A stretch of DNA of 51,947 nucleotides, filler included, from Bipalium vagum (Eukaryota): the NCBI GenBank assembly GCA_037834085.1. It is 3 parts of 3 records of this genome, joined end to end, with 100 filler letters (N's around TTAATTAATTAA, not from the genome) between each part and the next. Parts side by side here need not be neighbours in the genome. Positions count along the whole stretch, not along the records: positions 1 to 18,019 come from JBBMKC010043770.1; positions 18,120 to 35,352 come from JBBMKC010073855.1; 1 more part is not named here. The stretch is one strand, 5' to 3'. Position 1 is the first letter of the stretch, and every line of letters starts with the position of its first letter. A program made the translations under genes and the position numbers. The notes under the pieces are model-generated. The model ran no database searches. It was not told the DNA's origin and was given only the letters and a program-made list of their open reading frames with translations. Of the stretch, positions 13,301 through 24,967 are shown one piece after another.

Positions 13301-16300
13301 GGTGTGTGTGGTCAAAGAATCAAATTGTCTGTCCTTATTTCCTTGGTGATGAGACAAAAATGGCAAAAATTCTCTGACTATGCATCAATATCAATAACAG
13401 TCCTAACTCAAACCAAAGGAATTTCAGACTCAAACTAATAAAATCCCAACTCAAAAAAAGTCAAAATAAAAAAATTATTAATTATAAATTTTTATTTCAG
13501 ATTTTCCAAAAGATCCGCCTGGTTAAAAACAGCAGAATAATATATTTCGACATGATTAGCGAAACGTATCAACTTTTGGGTTGTTAAAGTTTCTTTAGCT
13601 TCATATGCAATTTTTTCCAATGCTTTTATACGATATTCAATCATTGATAGTCCTCCATTTGATTTGGTATATTTTAATAAATAAGACATTTGTTCTAAGA
13701 GTTTCTGTTTTACTACTCCTTCAAAACAACTCCAAGCCAATTCTATCGGATTTAATAGGTGAGAATATATGGCTCAGCGAATTATTTCCACATCATTTTC
13801 TTCAATACTAGACTCTAATTATTTATGCACGGGACATTATCAATTATTAACTTTGAATTTGAAATTCATTAGTTTAAGCTAGGACTGTAAATGGTATGTT
13901 ATTTTTGAAGTGTGAAAATTGCACAAAGTGTGTGTCAGATATTTCAGCAAAATGGAAATCCTGTGCATTTTTCAAAAGATGTGCGACAGTGTCTTAACTA
14001 TCAATTTCCTAACAGGTGGTCAAATTCAATTGGGTCCACGTTCACTAGATTTAACTGATAAATTAAATTAATACTAGAAACTTTGAATAGTATTCTTAAA
14101 TATTGTAAAAAGGATAAATTTAGGTAATTCAGTTAACGGTAGTAATTTTGAACAATTGTTGAAAATTATTTATATGAAAAAAACGTTAAAGATTTTTCTT
14201 CATATTTAAAACTGAATATGAAACATTAACCCCTATTTCTCGTTAGTATTTTTGGAACACCATATACTTCGGATCGATGCATTTCAGTTTTTAAAGGTTT
14301 CAGAATTTGTAAATTAATATAACTTTAATTAATTTTCTAATGAATAAAACAAAATATACTTTAAAAATATTATATTTTTGATTTATTCTAAATTATTTTT
14401 AAATATTTATTATTCACGAAAAAGAATTAATCACTGATTTTATTTTAAGTAAAATGTGTAAATTAATTAAATTAAAATATTTCTTAGATAATTTTGACCA
14501 AAACTTTCTTCATATTGCTGTGACATACTTAAAGAATTAATGAAAACTGTTCATTTAAAGTTGCTTTATTTGGAATAATTTCTCCCTTATTCTTATCAAG
14601 AATAGTATTCATAAATCAAGTGTAGTGAATTCGGAAAATCATTTTTTATCTATAAATGACCAAAGTATTGGTAATTTTTTTTCTAATCACTTAAACTTTC
14701 ACACAAGATTAAGGAGGCAATCTTATTGAATATCTCCTCAATGTGATCATTAATAGATTATTAACTGATTGTTATATTTTTAATTTACGATGTCTATAGG
14801 TTTACCTCATTTTAGCTTTGAAGTAAGAAAAGAATTTTTTTCTAAAAATAATTTTTGAACTTTTATCGCATCCTAAATTATAAAATTTTTTAATATTAAA
14901 TAACATGTGATACTAATATCATGTGTTTGTCTCCATTAATAGTCAAGAGACTTAAAACATTTATTCAATCACAACATAATTTCTTAAATAATGTGTTAAA
15001 GTATGTCTCCATATCACAAAATCACAATCTCTAGACCTTCAAGACAAACAATAAAAAATATTATATAAAGATAAATAACCAGAATTTTCTTTGTTTATTG
15101 ATAATATAAAAATACTAATGTCAGTTTAACTTGAGCCCTTTTAGAGATAGACTTCTAAGTAAGCTAACGGGGTCCTTTCAGTTACCTGTCATCCATATAA
15201 TTCACTCGGAGCCTGAATACAATCATTGACAAAAGTCATAATTGGACCACAAATATCTTGTCACTGTTTAAAAACTTTTCGATCTTTAAAAATCTTTAAA
15301 TTTTTCTCTTTAAAAATTTATTGATGTCCTACGTTTTGACAGCTTTTTATAGCCACTCTTACTAATCATGTAGTTTGCTTTCTAAATTGGTAGCTAGTTC
15401 TCCTTCTAATCTTTCAAAATTATCAAACTCAGCTTTCTTCAGGGCCAATTAATTAAATTGATTTTTTATTGATACCTTTTATTTTGTGATTCTGTGACAG
15501 TTAAGACTACCGTTCTCATTTAATTCTCTTCTACTTAATTAATTTTCCTTTTCCATCTTATTATTATTACGAAATAGATAATTTCATTTAATAATATTGG
15601 TATACCATTTATTGATATAAAATAATGAAGATTTCTGATTGAAAACTACACTATGTACTTTTCAGTTTTCTTTTGAACCCAATGTAACTCTATTAAGAAA
15701 GTTCTGTAGATTGCGTAGCAAATGGTAGTCCGATGGTGCCAGATTGAAACTATAAGGTGGATGCATCATAACTTCCCAATAAGGTTCTCTCAATTTTTGC
15801 TGAATCATGGCCTAGTTCTAACATTATTTAATAGGTAACCATTTTTCGTCGTCTATGATAGGTTGCTTCAGAAATTATTTACTTTGAATTTATAAATCAT
15901 TGACTCAGATTGAAAATTTATGCACTTATTTAACTGTGGATAATGCACTTCTTAATGCAGGATTTTTAAAATACAGATTTATGATCTATTTTTCATACTA
16001 TGTACTTCACCTTTAGAGAATATTTTTTAAAAATATTTTATTTTTATATCTTAGCATAAAAGATTATCATTAAATTAAATATGATATTCAAGTTTAATGT
16101 TTATGAAACTTAAAAATTGTCAAATACAAAAAAATTAATATTTTCATGTTTTGATTATCAGTTTATCTCATTGAAATTAACTTGGGTTAAATAATCAAGT
16201 TAACTTGATTTCTATGATATTTCGTTTAATATTAAGTTTGTATTTAAGCATAAGATTTATTTAATGAAATATTAATGAACTATTAAGGTGAAGGACAAAT

Positions 16301-16881
16301 ACACTTCGGCTTTCATCCCTGAGAGACTTTTGGCATTAATAACTTTTTGTGTTGTAACTGCTCTTGAATATTTACACAAAGAACTAAAAGTAATTCACCG
16401 AGATGTCAAGCCGAGTAATATATTAACTGATAAATCTGGAAAAGTCAAAGTTTGTGATTTTGGTATATCTGGAACACTTATTAATTCATTATCCAATACA
16501 AATATTGGAAGCCAATCTTATCTAGCTCCAGAAAGAATAATTTCTAATGAAAACTCTCCGGGATATACTATTCGTGCTGATGTTTGGTCTCTTGGACTCT
16601 CAATTTTGGAATTAGCCATCTGCGAATATCCATATGCATCTAGATCATCTTCATATGATCAAATTGTTGATCTAGTTGAACGCAGCCCTCCAACTTTATC
16701 AAACTCCAATTATTCGAAAGTTGTCGGTGATTTTATATCAAAATGTTTAGTGAAGAATGTTCAATCTCGGGCTTCATACGTACAATTGCTTGAGCATGAG
16801 ATGATTAAACCTTTTCGTAATGGTATTTATCTGGAAGAAAGTGTAAGAGAATTTGGGAATTATGTTACTCAGATTCTATAA
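1371..16881 (+). CDS. MAP kinase kinase, MKK3/MKK6 (p38-activating)-like, about 345 aa
   Basis: Exons 1371-1566, 1628-1875 and 16288-16881 join in frame through GT-AG introns of 61 nt and 14,412 nt. Motifs: N-terminal basic/hydrophobic docking-like 'PRKNLPQFKI', 'LGEGKFG', 'AVKKI', 'GDVWICMELLDTSLDKFYRKV' (MKK3/6 signature), 'HRDVKPSN', 'DFGISG', 'APERI', 'DVWSLG'. Confidence 0.9.
2654..3918 (-). mobile_element. Full-length but degenerate mariner element
   Basis: TIRs cgtggtgcgcccaataagtc / gacttattgggcgcaccgcg with TA flanks, about 1.27 kb. The minus strand carries 'LQDNTPIH', 'HPPYSPYLAP' and an N-terminal 'SVIQFLVL...QLMDTYGENSPS'. It has frameshifts and stops. Confidence 0.9.
4250..5230 (+). 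mobile_element. Highly decayed Tc1-like remnant (boundaries approximate)
   Basis: 'atgaatcctatggagaatttatgg' at about 5030 reads MNPMENLW, compared with Tc1 DLNPIENLW. Little else is recognisable. Confidence 0.4.
7493..9800 (-). mobile_element. Tc1 (DD34E) element interrupted by a mariner
   Basis: TIRs cactaccgtcggaaagtatttgtacac (7493) / gtgtacaaatactttccgaccgtagt (about 9800). Minus-strand motifs: 'RLEWAREHQNW..VLWSDESKF', 'MIWGCFG', 'FQQDNDPKH', 'SPDLNPIELL', 'IKKQGGY'. Confidence 0.9.
8400..9413 (-). mobile_element. Mariner element nested in Tc1, with its 3' end deleted
   Basis: Motifs 'DEARSGRP', 'LLTCDEKWL', 'MCVWW', 'LQDNARPH', 'HPPYSPDISPSDYHLF'. The 5' TIR ends ...gattacctaa|TA at 9413. 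The coding sequence breaks after 'FYKTGIQ'. Confidence 0.9.
9918..12741 (+). mobile_element. pogo/Tigger-like element, degenerate and interrupted by a solo LTR
   Basis: Perfect TIRs cagtcgaacctctatttaacgac / gtcgttaaatagaggttcgactg with TA flanks. CENP-B-type HTH 'ILMWFKQ..IPVTG..LQEKA..FQASNG'; DDE motifs 'VFNVDETG', 'KERITV', 'KAWMT', 'PMDQGII'; C-terminal PIP-box-like 'KQTTLFDF'. Confidence 0.93.
10608..11578. mobile_element. Solo LTR (971 bp), probably in minus orientation
   Basis: TGTT...AACA termini with a 4-bp TSD TATT (10604-10607 / 11579-11582). Removing it restores the pogo frame 'PNNVFNVDETG'. A minus-strand AATAAA lies near 10780. Confidence 0.85.
12900..14262 (+). mobile_element. 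Degenerate Tc3/DUF4817-type element (left boundary approximate)
   Basis: 'IFFSDEAT...INKHNVRYWSKTNP...VNVWC' (13135-13377), then after the nested insert 'IFQQNGNPVH..VRQCLNYQFPNRW..PRSLDLT'. A TIR-like 'tttttggaacacc' lies near 14260. Confidence 0.75.
13398..13887 (-). mobile_element. Internally deleted IS630/Tc1-superfamily element (about 490 bp) nested in the preceding element
   Basis: Imperfect TIRs cagtcctaactcaaaccaaaggaatttc / gaaattcattagtttaagctaggactg. Minus-strand transposase C-terminus 'YSHLLNPIELAWSCFEGVVKQKL'. Confidence 0.75.
15580..15960 (-). mobile_element. Mariner fragment
   Basis: Minus strand reads 'IIDDEKWL' and 'HPPYSFNLAPSDYHLLRNLQN'. Confidence 0.8.
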
Positions 16882-18019
16882 ATGCAGTGGATATTACTAT
16901 GCTTTGTTATTAAATTATGATAGAAGAGATCAAATTTTATTTTAAAAATATAATATAAAATAATGTAATGTGATATCTCAAAATCGTCGCATTTATAGAA
17001 TTACTAACAATTTTAATTCAGTGTAATAAATATAATTCTAAATATTTGATAGTGAGAATGTATTTTTAAAAAACATGTTTTAATTATCCTTATATTTCTA
17101 TTGTCTGTTTTAATTGTATTATCAAATACAGAAGTTAGATAGAAAGAATAAAAATGTTGATATTATTTTAAAATATATTTAATTCAACAAAATTAATAAA
17201 CAATTTTAAATTATTTATATTTCAAGGAAGTATTGTAATGTAAATTCAGACAATTTGTAGACTTTATGTACAATGATCTGATTATTGTTTGAACACCAAA
17301 CTCTTATTATTATACAAATATTATCGTACACGTTTTCAGAGAAAATTGTACTTTGAAAGGATTTTATATTTCACTTGTAAATATTTTGTTAAGTTTTTGT
17401 TAATAATTTAATTAGTTTAAAATATCATAGTTTAGTTTTAAACAGTTGCTTTAGATGGAACTTTAAATAAATTTTTTATTTGTTTAAATTAATAATTATT
17501 TTATGTGAAGTGCGAAAAAATTGGAAAATCAAAATATATAAGAATAAAAAAGATCAGAGAATCAATCAATTAACAAATTATGTATATGTAAAATTTTCAT
17601 GTTAAACTTTCAAAACTACTCAATTTTGAATCCATTTAGTCATTTAAACAAGTTTTGTATATATTTGTGTCAATTAATAAGAAGACAATTAGCTAATTTA
17701 ATATAAAATCTTTAATTGTTATTGCTTATGTGGTTGTACTAGGTATTTAGTTAAAATCATTTTTCTAACCCATTTAAATTTTATTTCTCAGTAAGAAATT
17801 ACGAGCTGTTTAAAAACTAAGAAAAAATCTATATATTGAGGTCGACCCTCTTCCTTTTTGTTATGTATGGTTGTCTTTCACCTTTACGAAAAAATTATAA
17901 ATATGATCTCTAATTTTTCTTTATTTAATATTTAATACAGTTTGGTCTAACGAATTGTCCACCCCCTGATAAAACAGAAAAAATCCGATAATAACATTTA
18001 TTAATAAATGATACATGAA

Positions 18020-18119
18020 NNNNNNNNNNNNNNNNNNNNNNNNNNNNNNNNNNNNNNNNNNNNTTAATTAATTAANNNNNNNNNNNNNNNNNNNNNNNNN
18101 NNNNNNNNNNNNNNNNNNN
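18020..18119. other. Assembly gap with artificial spacer
   Basis: 44 N + TTAATTAATTAA + 44 N. An identical structure lies at 35353-35452. Confidence 0.95.
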
Positions 18120-18921
18120 AATTGTTGAGATTTGTTTTAATGATGAATTCGTTGTGGTAAAATAGAATTTTAAAATGTCAATTAGTGTTTCTTCAATTGT
18201 GCAGGTGAAGGAGGATTTAACTATTAAATTGGTAAACAAAATTAAGGATCACTTAATCAATTAACAATTAATATTGATTTACTTTTAATAAAAATAAATT
18301 GATATTTTTATATTGTAAAAATTAAAATTTTTGAAAATTCAATAAATGAAATAAAATAATAAAATAAATATAAATAAATTTTACAAAAAGGTATTCGTAC
18401 ACTTTTTAGCAGAAAAATGCTTTTATTATCTGAATCTTATGTTTTTACATAAATCAATCAAAATTTTTAAAGTTTTCTACAGAATTTTTGATTTTCTATT
18501 GATGTTTAAGGTTAAAACGTGAAGTGTACGAATGCTTTTTTCCATCACTGTAATTAAATTAGAAATTTTTCTAAATAAGAATTTTATAAGAATTTCATTA
18601 ATTAGAAGAACATTAAAAATAACAATTATTAAATCACTTATGAGATTCTTTTTAGATAAAAATTTTGACAAAAACTGACAAAATTCTAAATAAAATATTC
18701 ATCAATTTTTCAAGAGAATATCGTTTTAGGCATATATTAATTAATTTTTTTCAATAATCGATTAAGTTGATTTAACTATAAGCTATTTATTGTGTAATAT
18801 TAATTATAAAATATAAAAGAAAAAATGAGATTAAGAAATCCTCATTTGTAACTTGAAATTAAATATAAGTAATTTATTTAAAATAATTAATTTTATAATA
18901 ACATCCACATCTAACGTAACA

Positions 18922-19005
18922 CATTGGAACCTCTATATAACGACACCTCTATGTAACGACAGTTTGGCCGTTCCCGAGGGGTATCGTTATGAAGAGGCTT
19001 AACTG
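18922..19005. mobile_element. 84-bp MITE related to the pogo element at 9918-12741
   Basis: Ends cattggaacctctatataacgac / atcgttatgaagaggcttaactg|TA resemble the pogo TIRs. The internal part aligns with the pogo's last approximately 60 bp. Confidence 0.8.
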
Positions 19006-20399
19006 TATATATATATTTATAAATATTGATTTTTTAAATATTTCCATAAAGTTTTCATTGATTTCTGAAAAATATTTGTTGTAATTTCATATATTTTTCA
19101 TTGTAAGATAAATATTTTTATGCAATTCTTTTTATAATTGGTATGACCAATAGTGAGTGTAACTAAATAAAGTCATATAATAAAAAGTACTTATAGATTC
19201 CAATACTTTAAAATTTAATGTATCACAGGGCTATATAAAAGAGCTTCACGAATACGAAAAAGATATAAAAATAAGCATTAATTCAGTAATTAATCGTTTT
19301 CATTTTTTTCAAGTTGCGGAAACATCCTCTTTAAATAGTTCCACTTGACCAACGGAAGACGTTAATAAAATATTATAGCTAGATTACCAAATTATTAAAT
19401 GGCATTTCAAGAATAAAATTAAAAACTACAAAAATTAATTAATTAATTAAATTATTTCAAGAATAATATTATTTATTTAATTATTTCATAAATAAATATA
19501 ATTCTATAAATGAAAAATATCGCTAACATATCATAAAATCTAGAATACGTCTAAAATTTTTATTTTTCCAGGAGGTAATATTTTTTATAATTTATCAGCA
19601 ATTTTCTGTACAACAGAGCTTGCCAAATTTTACGAGAATAACATAAGATTTGTTAATTGTTGAAATTAATTTTTGTGAAATTTTATTAATTTTCTGCAAT
19701 GAGAATTTTGTGAATAGATTATTTTTGTAGACTTATTCTATAGAAAGGATGCAGTAAATAAGTGATAAGCTTGATTGTGATTTTGTTGATCGGTTCAAGA
19801 TTCTTATTTTGGACAAACCGAGTCGTATCAATAATTAATTCAAAAATGTTCTCATTTATTCATAGTATGCAAATCATGAGATTATATTGAAATTGGTTTT
19901 GCTTGGTGATCGATAATACTTGACCATAATACTTGTAATTCATAGGCTTGTGAAGGGAGTATATATTATCACGATTATATTTGTTGGAATGAAGTCAAAC
20001 ATTTGTGAATGTTAGGATTCTTTTGTTTTCCTCTCTTTATTATACTTTAATCGACTTCACCCTTAATATCATAGATATTTTATGCCATATCAGATTATCT
20101 ATTTCCGCAAACTTTTTCTCATTTATTAGATATATTTTATTTATTTTTACGATAATGAATTTTGGAATTTACCAAATCCATATATTGATAATAACATTCG
20201 CTCAAAATTGTAATTAGAATGTTCAAAATCTAATTTCGTTTTTGTAATAGTCATTAAGGAGACAGTTTTAAACAATTTATCTTTTATTTTTAAGTTTTTA
20301 TTATTTATAATTCTAAGTCACACATCAATTTACATTTGTGTAAATTTATCTTTTTAATTTAAGTTGAAATCTGTTTATTAATTATAGAACTTACTATTG

Positions 20400-21533
20400 T
20401 TTATGAAGTAATTCGTCACAATTTTCTTTTACGAATTTAAACTGGACCATAAAGGAGTGGAAGCCAGTCGTAACATCAACAGTGCATTTTGAGAAAAAAG
20501 AAAAACTGTAGTAACAATATATGCATTGCTTAGAGATATATGTGCTAATTGATTTGTTAATAATACTATAAAGCTAATAATACTATAATTCATCTAACAC
20601 CAGGTTGATGAATTTGTATAAAAACCTAAATATCACAAATATGTCATGAGCGTGATGTTGCCCTGTTGGAATATAGTGCACTTTCAATTAACCAAAGACG
20701 GGTATCGAACTCCGGGTAATAAAGATCGACCTTGATAGCTTCTCCATGTGGAACAATTTCAAAGTGCAAGATGCCCTCGAAATTTCACCAAAAGCATCAT
20801 TTTATGTCGCGCCAATTTTTTTTAGGAAACCTTTTACGAAAATTTTTTTCCGAAAACAAACAAACACATGCTTCAACGTCTTTTAAGAGTTAATTAAGAG
20901 GTGGTCAAAGATGAAGAAGGTCTTTGGCGAACGACTATCGTCGAAAGGAGCAAATTGAGGATTTTGGTGATGACAAATCCATGTACAACAGTAAAGAGAA
21001 CTTGCAGAAGAAATTGCTGTCTCTATTGAAACAACTTGTAACCACTTAGTAGAAATTGGTAAATCAAAAAAGTTAGACAAGTCGGTTGGAAGTTGCTTCT
21101 TCTCTCATTTTGTGCAAAAATAATAATCCCTTTTCGATCTTAATGTGGGATGCGATGAAAAGTTGACAACTGGTGGTACGTGTCACAATCATACCTTCAG
21201 AAATTAAAGAAATTTGGCTATAAAACCATACCTCATTTATCATAATAGTCAGACCTTTCACCCCCTGACTACCACCTTTTTAATCATTTAAAAAACTTCT
21301 GGAAGTGAAAATGTTTCAGAAATCAGGATGATGCCAAAAAAGATCTCAATATTTGTCATCGATTTCAGAATTCTGTTTACTTTTGCTCAACAAGCATAAA
21401 AAAACTTGTCTATTTTGGCTAAAGTGTGTTGAATCCAATGGTTCTTATTTCGATTAATTATGTTTTGCTTTTATTGACATATATGAATTCAAAGTTTAAT
21501 GTTAGAAGCGGCATTATTTTCTGAACAACCGAA
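20400..21533 (+). mobile_element. Degenerate, interrupted mariner
   Basis: 'FYEFKLDHKGVEASRNINSAF', 'CDEK', 'SDLSPPDYHLFNHLKN' and a TIR-like 'ttttctgaacaaccgaa|ta' at about 21533. Unrelated sequence occupies about 20490-20870. Confidence 0.75.
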
Positions 21534-23030
21534 TAATTTATTAAATGTCAAATACTTTAAAGTAAAAGCTTTGTCACAAAAGAAATGGTAAAAATTACAT
21601 ATTCCTCACTAGTTAATATTTCCATTCATTCAGCTTGTTTCTCCATTGTGTTGTGTCTTGCTTGTCTGAAAATAAGACTTTGTCAGGTGTTTTGGAAAGC
21701 ACTTAGCATTTAAAGAACTTCAGTTTTTACCTATTTTCATATTATTCTTCTGCTAAGAATGTTCTTTTCATTTTATTGACTATTTTTTTCTCATTTAAAA
21801 AACAAATCTTATCAAATATATATATCTTCTACTGAAAAATATTGGATCATATCACATTTTCCAGCATTTATTATCTTCTTATGAGATCGTTTTCCATAAC
21901 TTTTCATGAGCTTATTAATATTATACATACAATGGTAAATGCTATTTTTGAACAAGACTGGCGAAGATGTTAGCAATAATTTTATTAATTGTTTTCTTTA
22001 TATTTTTGAAAGTAATTTACAGCATACTTTTTCTCATCTGTCATAGCATACATGGTTATTATATTTTATCAATAGAATGAAATATGTTCTTTCGTTTTAT
22101 TTCGTTTTCATATTTTCTGTTTTGTTGTGTTGCTTTCTATCCTGATATTCTGTCTTTCTCGGCTTGTGACAAAAGAGCAGAGATTATTAGAATTTTAATC
22201 ATGTTTTAGAAAACACAGAAAACTGAGGAGAATAGACTGTTAACATTTTTTTAAAGTCGTTAATAAAAGGGCAGTGGTATTTTTTATTTGATAAGAAAAC
22301 TGCGAAAATCGAAGAAAGTAATAGTTGAAGTGTAAACAATTCATTTTAGCTTAACGTTTAATACCGTTATATTTTTTGAAGTGTTTTTATGCGGGTCTTT
22401 ATATATTTTCCATGATAATGAACATTATTTTTGCACTAATGATAGGTAGAACAACAGTTTTACGTCGAGAAATATGTTAGACTGGGATCGATTATTAAAA
22501 ATTCATAATCCCTTTATTTTCCCATTTTTGGAAAAAAAAATCAACAAAATATTAGTTTGTTACAATTGTATCCAGGAGACGTCCTTGCTGAGAATATTTC
22601 TTCCTTGTACGAAGGCCATTGCAATGAGAAAATGTTGAGAGAAATATTTTTCCTTAGAACAACATGAGATGAATGAATGGACAAGTTGGACAGTTGTAGA
22701 AGAATTCAATAAGTTCTAATTTCAATTTTCAATTTAATTTGAAAGAAGTCCAATCCTACTCTCCTTCCTTCATTTAAATGTGCTTATATAAAGATATTTA
22801 GGCCGAAGGTACATTTCGAGAAGACATAAGACTAACTATGTCGAACTTTATTATTATTAATTGTTAATTATAAGACTTCGCCATCTGAAATGAGTCACTA
22901 TTTTTATAAAATAAACAAAACATTCATTAAATCATTCCATTGAATTTAATAAACAAAGTTAACTAATTGAATAATAACTTAGAGGCAAAACTATTTCACA
23001 ATTGTAGGACTGCAGATCTAGCCATTTATA

Positions 23031-23166
23031 NNNNNNNNNNNNNNNNNNNNNNNNNNNNNNNNNNNNNNNNNNNNNNNNNNNNNNNNNNNNNNNNNNNNNN
23101 NNNNNNNNNNNNNNNNNNNNNNNNNNNNNNNNNNNNNNNNNNNNNNNNNNNNNNNNNNNNNNNNNN
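23031..23166. other. Assembly gap (N run)
   Basis: Run of N. Confidence 0.98.
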
Positions 23167-24049
23167 ATTTATACTTTAAAAATTAAAACTTTAATCTTTT
23201 CCATTCCCATGATTTTCAACAAAACGCTGTATTGATTATTTTATTTCTTTTAACAAGCAAATAAAATTATCAAATTACTTATTAATTTATTTTTTCTCAT
23301 TGTCTTTTAAAAATATCAATGTTTATATTCCAAAAGAGAAATTATGTAACAATTGTTTTCTAATGATTATTAAATAATAAGATTAAAGTGATTAGAAATC
23401 TCATTAAACACGAAGCCTTTAGTTTTTTAAAGGGTTAATATAATCACATTTAGTTACAAAAGATTGGCAATTTTTCTTAGATTTAATGAAGAGCATTCTA
23501 TAACATCTGTACGAAATGCTACTAAAGAAATTTAATACCGTTTTAAGACAGTACATAATTTGTCTAAGAACAAGATAGAGTTAAACTGCAACATTACCTA
23601 TTAGTTTGAAGGTTGTCAAGATACAATACAACAATTTTTTCAAATATACTGACAGATATCAGAATAAAATACAAACTCAAGTTGAGGAAAAGACATTGAA
23701 CTGAAATGAGAAATTCCAAGTGCAGTTTCCCGATCAATCCAATAAAAGGACCTATGCCACAAGAGAGCGTCGAACCCGAGAAGTGATGCTGAGGGGAGAG
23801 AGATGATAAATATTTAAATTAACAGTCGTTACCGCCATCCCATTCATCCAAATATTCCACGAAAAGTTAGATTTATAAATGATTTTCACAATGCTCATTT
23901 CATTCTCACTAATAATAATTATCCAACTGTAATTAATCACTGAAAATAACTATATTTTAATAACCAGTTCCCTCAATAATTACAAAAAATACAAATCAAA
24001 TTATCAATACTATCATCACTTTGAAAATAAAATACCATAAAATGACAGA

Positions 24050-24967
24050 ATTCTTTTTTTGAATAATCACTTGTCCTATGTATGAACAAAATATTAAAGC
24101 TATTTTTAATTAAAATTTTCTCTCAAAAGAGGTGTTTTTCCTATAGCTTTTTTATTATAATTTTTCACACGTTGAAGACTAAAGTTAGAATTTTTTGAAC
24201 ACCAACTTTCACGGAAGATGAGTTCACTAATTTCGCAAGTCTGGATTCCGGAAGTAAACGAATTTCTCATCCCAAGTAACGATGGTTTTTAGAAATCATT
24301 CATCGTTTGGGTAGAGAAAGAGTTATTAACATATTTGCAAACATCTTTCCTCTTGTTCGGGAGTCAGATCATACGGTACAATTTTGCATCTCTTATTTCT
24401 TTTGCTATGAGACAGAAGTTTTCGGTGTACTGAAGATTTCGGAATTGAACTTCATCTGAGAGTCTTCTGATACTGGGACAAAGAATGCATAATTATCTGT
24501 GAATAAACTGTTGAGGATCTCCCAGAACGTGACTCATCATTAAGATCCATATTGCCCGAATCGAATCTTTTAACCTATTTGATAGCTGCGCTCTTACTGA
24601 CGAATTTGTCTCCGTCAACCTCACATATTTCATCTGCAGCAGATCTGGCACTGAATCCTTTTTTTTCCAATAATGGAGTAAAAGGATACGAACAGTATAG
24701 TTTTTATCAACTTTCATATTATTCTGTAACACTAAGAAACAAATATTATATCAATATATTTTATTTCTAGCATATTACTCGTTCTCTTTTCAAAAATAAA
24801 AAAAAAATAAGTTAAATTTATTGCGCTATTTAAACCATTTTTAAACAACCTTTAAATATTACAATTTCAAAAAGTGACCACGAACTTTTGGGGCACCCTA
24901 AAACTGATTAAATTTATCTTAAAATTTTGTTAATCAATTTGTCCCGCGAACTTTTACATCAACCTAA
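24050..24967 (-). mobile_element. Degenerate mariner with two successive mariner-type TIR ends
   Basis: Minus strand reads 'VRILLLHYWKK', 'SARSAADEICEV', 'DESRSGR', 'IVTWDEK'. TIR-like ends 'cgaacttttggggcaccctaa' (24901) and 'cgaacttttacatcaacctaa|ta' (24967). Confidence 0.75.

Noticed and set aside
18064-18075. Palindromic TTAATTAATTAA between N runs (also 35397-35408)
   Set aside because: The identical 44N-12-44N layout with stops in all six frames is an assembly spacer, not biology.
19562-19580. 'tttttccag GAG gtaata' resembling a 3-nt microexon
   Set aside because: No host gene is evident at this position.
23750-23850. Minus-strand 'gggttcgacgc' resembling a tRNA T-loop/B box
   Set aside because: I could not build a cloverleaf or find a convincing A box. 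tRNAscan-SE would settle it.
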